From Antedon mediterranea (Eukaryota; Animalia; Echinodermata), in NCBI RefSeq assembly GCF_964355755.1, contig NC_092672.1:992001-1056000 (forward strand): DNA of 64,000 bases, read 5' to 3'. Below the pieces are notes generated by a model. That model was given only the letters and a program-made list of their open reading frames with translations. It had not been told where the DNA came from and searched no databases. Both the position numbers and the translations under genes were made by a program. Of the stretch, positions 11,253-22,200 are shown one piece after another (the stretch's first letter is position 1; every line of letters starts with the position of its first letter).

Positions 11253-13330
11253 AAAAATCAAGAGAAGATCATGTGTACGAAGCTAAATTGTCCGTACAAG
11301 CAAGAAGATATGATGGTATACGTGGATTGTATTTGTTATAAAAAGTATTGAGATTTGACGGCATACTATAGCTTACCAGACACTGCAAAATAGTTTGTTT
11401 AAAGTGTATTAGGCAATTGACTAAATACCGAGGAGATGTTGACGGTCTCCTTCCTTGATATTCTCTCCCTCCTACATAATTTAGCACAATTTTACTTCTA
11501 CACAAATGTTCACCTTACTTCACTTGGTTACCATTCCTATTTAGATATTACTTAAAACATTTGCATTGATGAAGGGCTAGTGTTGATCGTTTTGATTTAG
11601 CTTTTTGCTGATCTTATTTTGTATTTTGCATATCTCCATTGACATCCAGCCACTGATACCCACAGCTTTATCATTATTTTTAGTAATTTGCCTTTGGATT
11701 AAAAACATTTTAAATGTATTACATAGGTATTGTATAATAGAGGTATGTGCTATGCATAATAGGCCTATAGCTATTACGCTTAATTCCTTGCTAATTCTTT
11801 TAAATTATATTCCATTGCAAGAATAAATGTTGGTAATTATAATTTTATAAAAACAGGTATGTTTGAATCAATGAAAGCTGTAGCTAACCTAGACAAAGTA
11901 GAGTTAACGACAGAGGAGAGAGACTTACTGTCAGTCGCCTTCGAACAAGCAGTGGGAGCTAAAAGAGACTCGTGGGAAATTATCAGCAGCACTGAACAAA
12001 AGGAAACAAATGACAAACATTCTGAATTGGCTAAAACTTACAAAACTAAGGTGTGTAACAAAATAAAATAAACAAAATGGCCGAAATTTAAAAAATAAAT
12101 AAAATTTCGACATCGTAAATATAAATCTAAAAACTACATTTAAATTCATATGTACTGGTATCAAATATGATGAAGACACGTGAAACGTGTCCAAAATTCA
12201 AGGTAAGTTAAATTTGTGCTTTGTTAGTTTGTTTAAAATACTTTCTATATTTACATTCATTTGGCAGTATTAGTCTTTTATTAGTTTATTTATTTATTTA
12301 TTTATTTATTCAATTTCTGCCATATACATAACAAAGAAGACAAAACAATTATAAAAGGAGGCACGGAAAGACCAAATAGGTGCTAAACACCTATGCTAGT
12401 TGGTCAACCCAGAACAGAGAAAAATAAATAAATTACGTTCTACAATAAAAGCATCGACAAGAAAGCGACCAACTACACACATTTTCAATATCAAAATTAT
12501 TTAAAAAATAAATATTGAGATAATTGCTAGTAATTTATTTTTATTGAAACTGATCTACTTTATACAATGATAACTGAATAAAGCGGAACTAAAAATGATT
12601 TATTCATGTTGTAAGAAGTGATGAGCCTCATAGACACATATATATTATTCAACGTGTTATTATTAGACCTATCAGTCTGTTGTAGATTGTTGTTGCTACT
12701 TTTTTGTTAGATGGAAAAAGAAATTCAGGCGATGTGTGAAGATATGTTAGAAGCACTTGATAAACTAATCGCAACTGCTGAAAGCACTAAAAGACAAGAA
12801 GATAAAGTGATTTATCACAGAATGCAAGTATACAGGATTTTTATTATTAATTTAATATTTCTACTCTATCATGAATATTTTTGTGGTCTTCTATAAGAAA
12901 ACTCCGAACGTTTGCAATTTTCGAAATATTTTTAAATAAATAAATTAACTTAAAAGTTAATGTTGTATAATTTTAAATATATATTTTTAGGAAAGGAGAC
13001 GCTTACAGATATCTGGCAGAAATTGCTGTCGGAGCAGAAAGAACAGAGGCAGAAAATGAGAGTTTACAAGCCTATAAAACCGCAAAACAACTTGCGGAGG
13101 AAGAATTACCAACCACTGATCCAATTCGATTGGAAGTAGCTCTGAACTTGTCAGAGTTCTACTATGAAATCTTAAACGATCCAGACAGTGCAATGACGTT
13201 AGCCAAATCTGCCTTCGATGCTGCAATAGCCGAGTTGGATGCGCTAAATGAAGATGATTACAAGGAGTTTACGCGTATTATGCAGTTATTACGTGATAAC
13301 CTGACTCTGTGGACCTCGGACATCCCATAA
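11253..13330 (+). CDS. Divergent 14-3-3 protein (epsilon-type intron positions), copy B; start codon unresolved
   Basis: Exons 11253-11315, 11857-12050, 12711-12823 (GC donor), 12991-13330 give one open frame: [27 protein letters not shown]...[24 protein letters not shown]...[17 protein letters not shown]...[20 protein letters not shown]...[17 protein letters not shown]. Junctions (YD|, YKTK|ME, M|KGD) match the intron positions of 14-3-3 epsilon genes. Confidence 0.88.
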
Positions 13331-13984
13331 TAATGAGATGGTAGGAAACAATTGTTATAATTTAAAACTCTTTTTATTTTAAAATCTTATTATTTGAATA
13401 AGAAGAATCTGGTTGGTCTAGTTTTCATTGCAACAACAATACTTTTTAATATGTTATGATGCGCATGCTCACAATCACTTGGAGGCGGAGTAAAACTGGG
13501 GTTAAGGTGAGGGGTTTTGGAGTGGGAGAGAATTTCCAAAATATCTGAAAAAAATATCATTATATTATTTGTGTTCTTTTCAGATAACGACAATGGAGAA
13601 GCCTATAGCTTATCCTCATGCCGTGATGACTTCATAGAGCCTATAATTGGGTTAGGCTTTTTTTGTGATTTTTGTTTTATTATCGGTGTGATTGTATACG
13701 TGGTATTTGGTTATGGGTCTATTCAAGTTTTTGCTTTATCAAACGTATTTTTTATGTTTAAATTAAATTAATTAATCATATCAACTATTTTAGTATCTCA
13801 TCCTAATGTTTATACCCGGATGTGTGTATCCATTGGAATTGAAACAAGAATGTATAACGGTTACCAGGATACGAAGTGGATTGTTGCGCATGCGTTTGTT
13901 GTGCTGATGAGCTAATCAAGTATTTTAAAATAAAAATTACGGAGCAGGTGCGTATAGTATGCATTATACAATGTAAACAGCACA

Positions 13985-14052
13985 ATTAACACCCATCATG
14001 CATTGCAATCAACACCCATCATGCATTGCAATTAACACCCATCATGCATTGT
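13985..14052. repeat. ~23-bp tandem repeat x3 (CAATTAACACCCATCATGCATTG)
   Basis: Directly visible. Confidence 0.85.
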
Positions 14053-14368
14053 AGTATTGCAATTTAGTGAGGACAACAGATTTTGTTGCTTTGTAGTTTT
14101 TTGTTCTTGTTATCTTTTTCTTTGAAATCCTGCATGTGACAAGAAACTTGTTACAGGATCCTCAATAATTGTTTAATTATATTGTCATTTTGCCATTATT
14201 TAAATTAATAAATATTTTTGAAAATGAAATAGGCCTATGTCTTTGTGTTTATTACAGAAAAAAATAATTAGGCTAAGAATAATTGTTCACCATGAAATCG
14301 GCAGAAAAAAATAAAAAAGAACAATGTCAGTATGTTTCTGTTGTCGATTATTAAAATAAATATTAAGA

Positions 14369-14655
14369 TACTTCCAAATACCAGGTACTTCCAGATCCCA
14401 GGTACTTCCAGATCACAGGTACTTTCAAATCTCAGGTACTTCCAAATCCCAGGTACTTCCAAATCCCAGGTACTTCCAAATCACAGGTACTTCCAAATCA
14501 CAGGTACTTCCAAATCCCAGGTACTTCCAAATCCCAGGTACTTCCAGATCCCAGGTACTTCCAGATCCCAGGTACTTCCAGATCCCAGGTACTTCCAGAT
14601 CCCAGGTACTTCCAGATCCCAGGTACTTCCAGATCCCAGGTACTTCCAGATCCCA
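14369..14655. repeat. 17-bp minisatellite (CCAGGTACTTCCAGATC), about 17 copies
   Basis: Directly visible; explains the repetitive ORFs at 14268-14728. Confidence 0.95.
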
Positions 14656-14706
14656 AATTATGTAAAATATTGAATGACACCGTTGAAGGTTTACATCTTC
14701 TATAAA

Positions 14707-15110
14707 TTAAAGGTGTATTGTCTCCCAAAAATTAAGATTAATTAAATCACACTTTGAAAAGCTTATTTTATAGTTTTAATCAAGTTAATCACTTTCATTG
14801 AAAAAAACCCCCAAAATAATGTTTTCACTTATAAAATAACATAATAAATGGTTAAATTCAACCAAAAATAAATTGGCTGGCAGCCTATTTGACCATTTTT
14901 TCAGTTATTTTAGGTTTGGGGCAAATCGTTGAACCTAAATTCGTTTTAATTGTCAATAACTAATTATCTAACTCAATTTAATTAGTAAACAGGGTGGTTA
15001 AAATCAGTACCAAAAGTACGAACCAACTTTATATACCATCGAGTAAACATTCTAGAAGTAATACGCGATTTACCGAATTTTGCCTTTATGTAAATTTATA
15101 TATATAGATA
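14707..15110 (+). mobile_element. Non-autonomous DNA transposon fragment (Kolobok-like TTAA-AGG end)
   Basis: Starts TTAAAGGTGTATTGTCTCCC; its internal part recurs inverted at 7135-7340. Family assignment is inference. Confidence 0.4.
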
Positions 15111-17064
15111 ATTTGTTCATGAGATCGGTAAAGATCGCTTGATATTTTGAAGATCACTTGAATAAGAAACTTAAATAAATCTACCCTTCTCTTTAAAAAC
15201 TTAGCATAAAATCCGGGAAGGTAAGTAGTTACAATAAATTAACTTTGTCTTAAATTAAGTTTGGTTGCCCGTCCAGGGTATTTCACAGGTCTGTATCCAG
15301 GAATTATTATTATTATCATTATTAGAAATTAATCCAAGAACAGACTTTATAAACATTTTAAAAAGTTGCACAATTAATGTTATGACTGAATTAGATTGTT
15401 GTTGTAGTCGTGGCAGGTGGTGGTTATATCCATAACATGTTTTGAAAATACTATTATTATTGATTTGATTTATTACACTCTAAAAAAATGACTATATTAC
15501 ATATTTCACCATGTGTTGATAATCTGAACAAAAACTTTAAATTGTGACAAAAACCTACAGCAGATGTGAATGCAATGTAACGTTACTAAATATGTAAATT
15601 ACATGTAAATCACATATGTAAATTTATGCATAAAAAATATAACACGCTACTGAATTGAAGAAAACACATGGCAAATATAATCTAATTAGGTTAACATAAT
15701 TTGCATGATGAAGTTGGTATAAAAAAAAACAAGAAAAGACTATGAAATACCATCAAGGTAAAATATCTGCCCAGGAACATCTTTCAGCTAGGGGGAATCC
15801 TAGAAAGAAGTACTCCATTCCCAATTCAATATATTGCCTCGGTTTTATTTAATTCCTTATTTCTAAATATTCTAAATGGCTCTAAGACTAGGCTTACTTG
15901 TAATCCACATAGACAACACACACAAAATAACAATGAAATAAGGATAACAGTCTGCTGGTATACATGATAGGCCTAGGTCTATATCCATTTTCTACAGCAT
16001 GTGGTATGTCTCTCTAGAATTATTTACCCATTACCGAATTAAAATGTATGAATTAAGATACTGGAGATTAGAAACAATCACGCGTGGACTATTACTGACA
16101 TAAACTTTGCACACGCGCGCGCTTTTAAGTTGATAATCTTAAAATCCATAAGGTCGACATAATGTCAATTTGTTTTCAGAATTCGTCGCATTAGTAAACA
16201 GCACATTACTCTATGTTGTAAAATGTTTATTACTGTTACTATCTATAAGTAGACGAAAGTCGTAAGAAATTGTTGGAATACTTCAAAATCTCGTCCTTTA
16301 GGTTCGGCCCCATGCAATTATTAAGTACGCTCAATTTGACCAATCACAAGCAATGAATCAAGCGACCTTTTTTGTTGCGCGTGCGCGGTACGCCAAGCAT
16401 TGCGTCATATAGCGCCATTTGTGAGGGAAGAAAGCAGAGCAAATACAGTATTTGAAAGTACAGAAAGAAAGGTAATTGGCTAAGCTTGCATAACAATCCT
16501 TTGCGATTTTTGCAAATAGCAATACTAACTCCCAGGCAAGTTAAATGCAGGATACATCAAACTTACAACACATTATTATGTAGACATACATCGACTAAGT
16601 ATATTATGTTAATGTACTTAAAATATCAACTGTCAAAAGTTGGAATCGATCAAACATTTTAATGTCAAATGCGGTGAGAGAGTCGTCAACTGGAAGTGAA
16701 CTTTAATAACTATAAATAGGCCTAAGATTTTCTTGAAGGTAGGTTTTACATTGCTGATACAGTACATGTATTATTCTGCACATTATATTCTTGGCAATCG
16801 GACACACTCTTTCCTGAGAACAAATCGACATGCCCTTTCAAAGCATAACCAGGTACCGTATAATATTAATAAAATAAGCAAACTATAGCCGGCATTTTCA
16901 TTTGATATATATATTTAAAATATTTATACTTTGGTAAATAAAATATAAAAGAAAACATAAGAACTAATATACTCTATGAACACTAATATAATATTCTAAT
17001 TAAAATTCTAAATTTATTTATCGTTGTACATTGATTAATTAAAGGCCTACCTATTATTATTATG

Positions 17065-17420
17065 TCTATACCGAGTTAAGTAGGCCTACACATAACAATT
17101 CAAAATACTGAATTCTCGTGTTGTTGTCTAATTATTACAAATTTGAATCACGGTTCCTCGAAAAACATTATCTACGTATAAACATATCTATACCGAGTTA
17201 AGTACACAACTTAATATTCAATATTCGTGTTTATGTTGTCTCTTTCAAAATGTCAACATCATTATTTAAAATCTGAATATTCATCGAAAAACATAATCTA
17301 CTTAGTATACATATATCTATACCGAGTTAAGTACACAAGTTAATATTGAATGCGTCGTGTGTTTATGTTTAAAATGTCAACATCATTATTTAAAATCTGA
17401 ATCACGATTCCTCGGAAAAC
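17065..17420. repeat. Degenerate ~125-bp tandem triplication
   Basis: TCTATACCGAGTTAAGTA recurs near 17065, 17187 and 17316 with similar downstream sequence. Confidence 0.75.
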
Positions 17421-19203
17421 ATTACAACTCAAACTATACATATCCTCGTTAATCTATTAATACTTTCTAAAATTCAAAACATTAATTTTTGCCTTTAAAA
17501 TTCGTGATATCCAATGTATGTCTGGCAGCCAGCAGGGGAGTTAGTAGGAATATGTATAAACAATTAGTCTGATGGTATTTTGTAGCAATGTTCAATGTGT
17601 ATGTGGCCATACACATTGCTTCAGCTTGAAAAACTAAGTATCTATCTATGATCTGGGTTAATGTCAACCTGGGCATGATTAGTCATAACTTCTTTCCTGA
17701 ATTTAAGGGTGAATGGCACGAATTCAAACAATGTGATTTTCATTAAGAGTAAAAAAAAAAAATCGGTATTAGATAGTATAGACCTACATTATAAGCAGTT
17801 TGAAATTACGCTTCCCAGTAGTACGCAATGCAAGAAAATTGACCAATCAACGAAGCCAAAAAATCATAATAATCCGAACTGTTCCTTGTGATTGGTCAAC
17901 TCACTTTCGCTGCGTCTACGTCTTTATGCGTTGCGTCCAAATGGGAATTATTTTGTTTAGATCACAACGCTTTTAAAAACTGAGCATTAAATTGCGTGAA
18001 TACCTAGTATATAGTATATTAGTAGGCCTAATTGCTACGAATACTAATTAGTATTGGTAATACCATTATTTTTACTACCTTCATATAAATACTTGAACAA
18101 AGAGCCATTTACATACTGTATAGAAAAAAAACTATATTACTGTAAGAAGAAGTAGTTCAATTTATAAGGACACTGAACTCGTTTTACTGAAATAATTAAA
18201 ACCACAAAGATTAAATGAGATATATAATAATAGGAATGTTATATAAAAAATTGCAGAAGTTAATTATTATGAGTTCCTGGTAAAGTTGGAAAAAAGAAAA
18301 TTAGGGTTTTTTTCGAAATAGATTCACACAATTATGGAATACAATATCAGTAATCAGGGGAAAATGGCAAAATCAGCACTGTGGTCATTTTACAAAAGTT
18401 GATCAATATAGACATTATGATAAAACAAACAATTGAATAAGGATTGTTCCTCTTACGGAATATTAGATTAAATTTAGCAGAAAATGAGGAACTGAACAAG
18501 AACATTTCAAGTGAGGGCTGCAAGCAGATGACATCATTAGGTGACCATTTAGAATAAAATGATCACCTATTGTTATTTTATGAAATCTTTATTGTTATTA
18601 TTATTATACATACATTACATACATACACTATTTTGTGTAACAATCATCTCGAAAAGTTAAATGTCAATGAATGATCACACAATTTTCACAATATCTTAAC
18701 TTAATCCTAATAAGCTTTCCAGCGTGATCACTCATCCGTGACGTCATTTATACGCCATTGTGTGAAATCACATTATCGATCATATCTCTACAACTTGTAA
18801 TCACATGCCAATAAAATTCACTATACATAAACTTCATGTCAAGGGTAAAAATAATAGCAAATAAAAACCTACACATTCCAAGGTCATGCGCATGAAGAAG
18901 ATGAGGAACCAGAACTTTCCTATTAGTTTCCCTACTTGAACATAAATTTCAGAGTTAGATTAGGACAATCATCTGATCAAGCTCCTTGACTCAAAGCCAT
19001 ACTTTACAGTAAATATTAAATTATCATTCTGCGATTATTAAAGTATTATTTAAAGATTTCAACTTAAAGAAAGCACATGCAACTTTGTTTTTATTAAAAT
19101 ATATTTTCTAAACTTCTACAACAAGCATGCATACATTATTCAAATATCTATATTGTAACATCAGGTAAAAAAAGGTCATAGGTCAAATATTGAGTAGGTT
19201 GCG

Positions 19204-22200
19204 TCAATGTCTTGTCTGCTCACAAATATGATTAAAGTTTCTAGAAAAAGAAGAAAAAAGAACATCTTTAAACATTTAACAAATAAAAAGTAGGGAGGAG
19301 ATAGTAAAACAAGATATATGTGACCTCTGACCTTGCATGGTGTGGCTTTTTGGTTTGTGTTTTACAATTTTTCCCCCAATAACAGTTAGGACGACTGGTT
19401 ACATCATCTGCAAATTTAAAAAAAAGATTTGAGATGATTAAATACAATGTTTACATCAGTCAACTTTTAAAGTTTATTGTGAATGTAAACTTTTCAACTC
19501 ATAAAACGGTTTAAAACGATTCAAAATTATGAATGTGTGTTATGAATTATGTTTAAAAAGAAAATTAAAAAAAAACACATGTTTTGAAATTGTATTACAT
19601 GTACATTTGACTTTGAGTGTTGGTAGTGGGTAGTAGATTATATGTAAATCTACTTTTTAAATATGACGTTGAGCGTTGGTGGAGGGCAATATACTTGGCC
19701 CTATGTTGATTTAAAAAATGGAATATGACTTTGCTTTTGATACAAACTACATTGTTTAATTTAATCTCTGAGGAAATGTTTGGTTTTTAAAGAAACAAAT
19801 AGAGGAAGAAGCCAAGTAGGCATTCAAAGGCCACTTGGAAACCCACATATATCCTATAATTGCCAATGTATAGTTGAGAGCATGATCAAAGGGTGGTTTA
19901 GTTCACAAATCCATACTTAACAATTTATATATTGGTCACGTAGATAGATATAGATTAATACATTATACTATTCATTATTATGTAAATATATTAACACCTA
20001 AATAAATTCCTGTCTGTCATTTGATTGGCCAATTGTGGGTCACATGGTGTGCATTAATACGCACTATTGAACAGATAAACTTTGATTGAACTTGAATCTG
20101 GATTGTATTGTTAATTTTTCAGTAGATAACGTTTAAAAAGTAATAGACTTACAGTAAATTGGTGAATTTAGATTTTTAAATTTTTTTTTAAAGATTTAAA
20201 TAGATTTGGTGTAAAAACTGTTTCAATTGGAGAATTGAATTTTTTTTTCTTATTAATTAAAAAATATACTTACTGGGCAAATCACTAATTGGTATATCTT
20301 TCCGATACAAATAAGCTAATTCTTTAAAAAGTTTCAGGCCGCATTGGTAGCAAATCACACTTGCACTAGTGGTTTGGGCCTGTAATTGAGGAGTGTAGCG
20401 GTTCGAATCCAATCGCACCAAACACTCTTGGAAAAGATCAAGGTAAGTCATATTCTTGGATTGGATGTAGTTCTGAAATATAAACAATCCAAAACACACA
20501 TTTAGTGGCAGTGTAAAGAAAGCAAATTAAGTATGTTAAAGAACATACAGTATTGGTGCCAAGTTCAATACTCTTTTCACATCGTCTGGTAAAACTCTAC
20601 ACCAGAGGGCACACCATACAAAACGCTTGTGTTGACGTCGGGTGTGTGCTAGGCGATTGATGTGACAGGTCTATAAGAGTTTAGCCAGATATAGTACTTG
20701 TGATAAACCCTAGCCGGCCCTATTACTATCATATACTATAATGTACTGTTATCAAAAAAATTGTTGCAGAAAGTATTTCAAACTACAGAATGGATTAACA
20801 TGGCAGTTCCACCACACATTCTATCTTGTGGTTTCTGTATTCCAATTTGTTGGTACTCATTATGGAAACTTTAAGCTTCTTCTACACTGCTATCAAACTA
20901 GTTTAACAAAAAAAGTGTGATGTGCCCAAATAAGGTAGTGATATGCCCACATATGGTAGTGATATGACATCATCATATTGGAGTGGAGCTGTGGCTTGGT
21001 GGTTATGATGCTTGGCTACCAATCTAAGGGTCCTGGGTTCAAGTCCTGTCATATGTCAGGGTTTTTTTCTCATGACAATTTACAACTCCACTCCCAAAGA
21101 CTTAATATTAAGTCTTTGTTTATGTAGAGCATCTTGTGTATATGTTTGTCTTATATGTTCTAGTGCAGTATATGGAGAGCCATCTCGATAGTGCTTTGCA
21201 CTCATGGCAATCCTCAGGGTGCTGCACCGCTGTATTGGCATGTATTGTTGTGCCTGAAAATTGAATAAAACATAAAACATAGTCCATATATGGGCACATC
21301 ACATCTTGTTGTCACATAAAGTTTGATAGTGTAGCCAGAGCTTTAATATATTAAATAAAATGTTTACAGTAATTCACTTTCTGCTGCAGTAAATCATAGA
21401 CCCATATTTCAATATTGTGTGTATATAATAGTGTTAGCTCTATACTTCAATGATTAAGCATGGGTGGTACAACCTTGTGGAAAAACACAAGTTTCTTTGT
21501 AAAATACAGAGTATGTAGGCAGGCTAGGTCATGGCATCCCTTCAATGTCATATTTAATCATTTTTCTTTCAATGAACAATTGTTTACAATAATATATGTG
21601 TATAAAGATTAATGGCAACAAAGCATAACCTATAAAGGAAACAAACAAGATAATGTTAAATCTTAATTTAATACCAGGGGCGGATCAAGCATTGTGTATC
21701 AGAGGGTGCCGCATTTTATGTCAAATAGTTTGAAGAATAGAATTTATGACAGTTGTTAATAGTCAGATTCAAACCATAGTCAATGTACTTCCACAATCCA
21801 ACCAACATCAGCGTGGGTTCAAATTGATATTTTAGGTTGGTTTTGTGAAAGTTGCTATTGTTAATTTCCTGGTGAAATCTTTTTGTTTTGTATGATTTGT
21901 ATTTGGATGTAAAATAAGAAAATGAATGAATGAAATAAGAGTTTTCATTTCCATTTGTAAACATAATTAATGACCTTTCATAATTAAACTAAAGATATAA
22001 AACAAATCTGCATCCTGGTTTATAACGGCCAATCAAACTATGACCTATTTAATACAACTTTCAAATCATGTGATTTTACACGCACACAACTAGAAGTGGA
22101 GAAAGATTTATGTAATATAGTTTTAAAAACTATAGTTTATCTAAAGAATCAATTTGAATTACAGTCAACTCTCTCCAATTGGACTACACAAGCCAGCCTA

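Noticed and set aside
14268-14728. ORFs with YFQIPGTS repeats
   Set aside because: Products of the 17-bp minisatellite; the unit is not a multiple of 3.
7135-15110. Inverted repeats bracketing the 14-3-3 locus as a gene-capturing composite transposon
   Set aside because: The only recognisable element terminus (14707) lies on the gene-facing side, so the copies extend away from the gene, and no shared TSD was found. Two independent insertions are simpler.
15200-15230. Strong donor AAG|GTAAGT suggesting an extra exon
   Set aside because: No linked ORF or partner exons found; cannot be supported without transcript data.
20981-21055. tRNA gene
   Set aside because: It has A/B boxes but no convincing acceptor stem, and it continues into a repeated body with an A-rich tail, so it is a SINE head.
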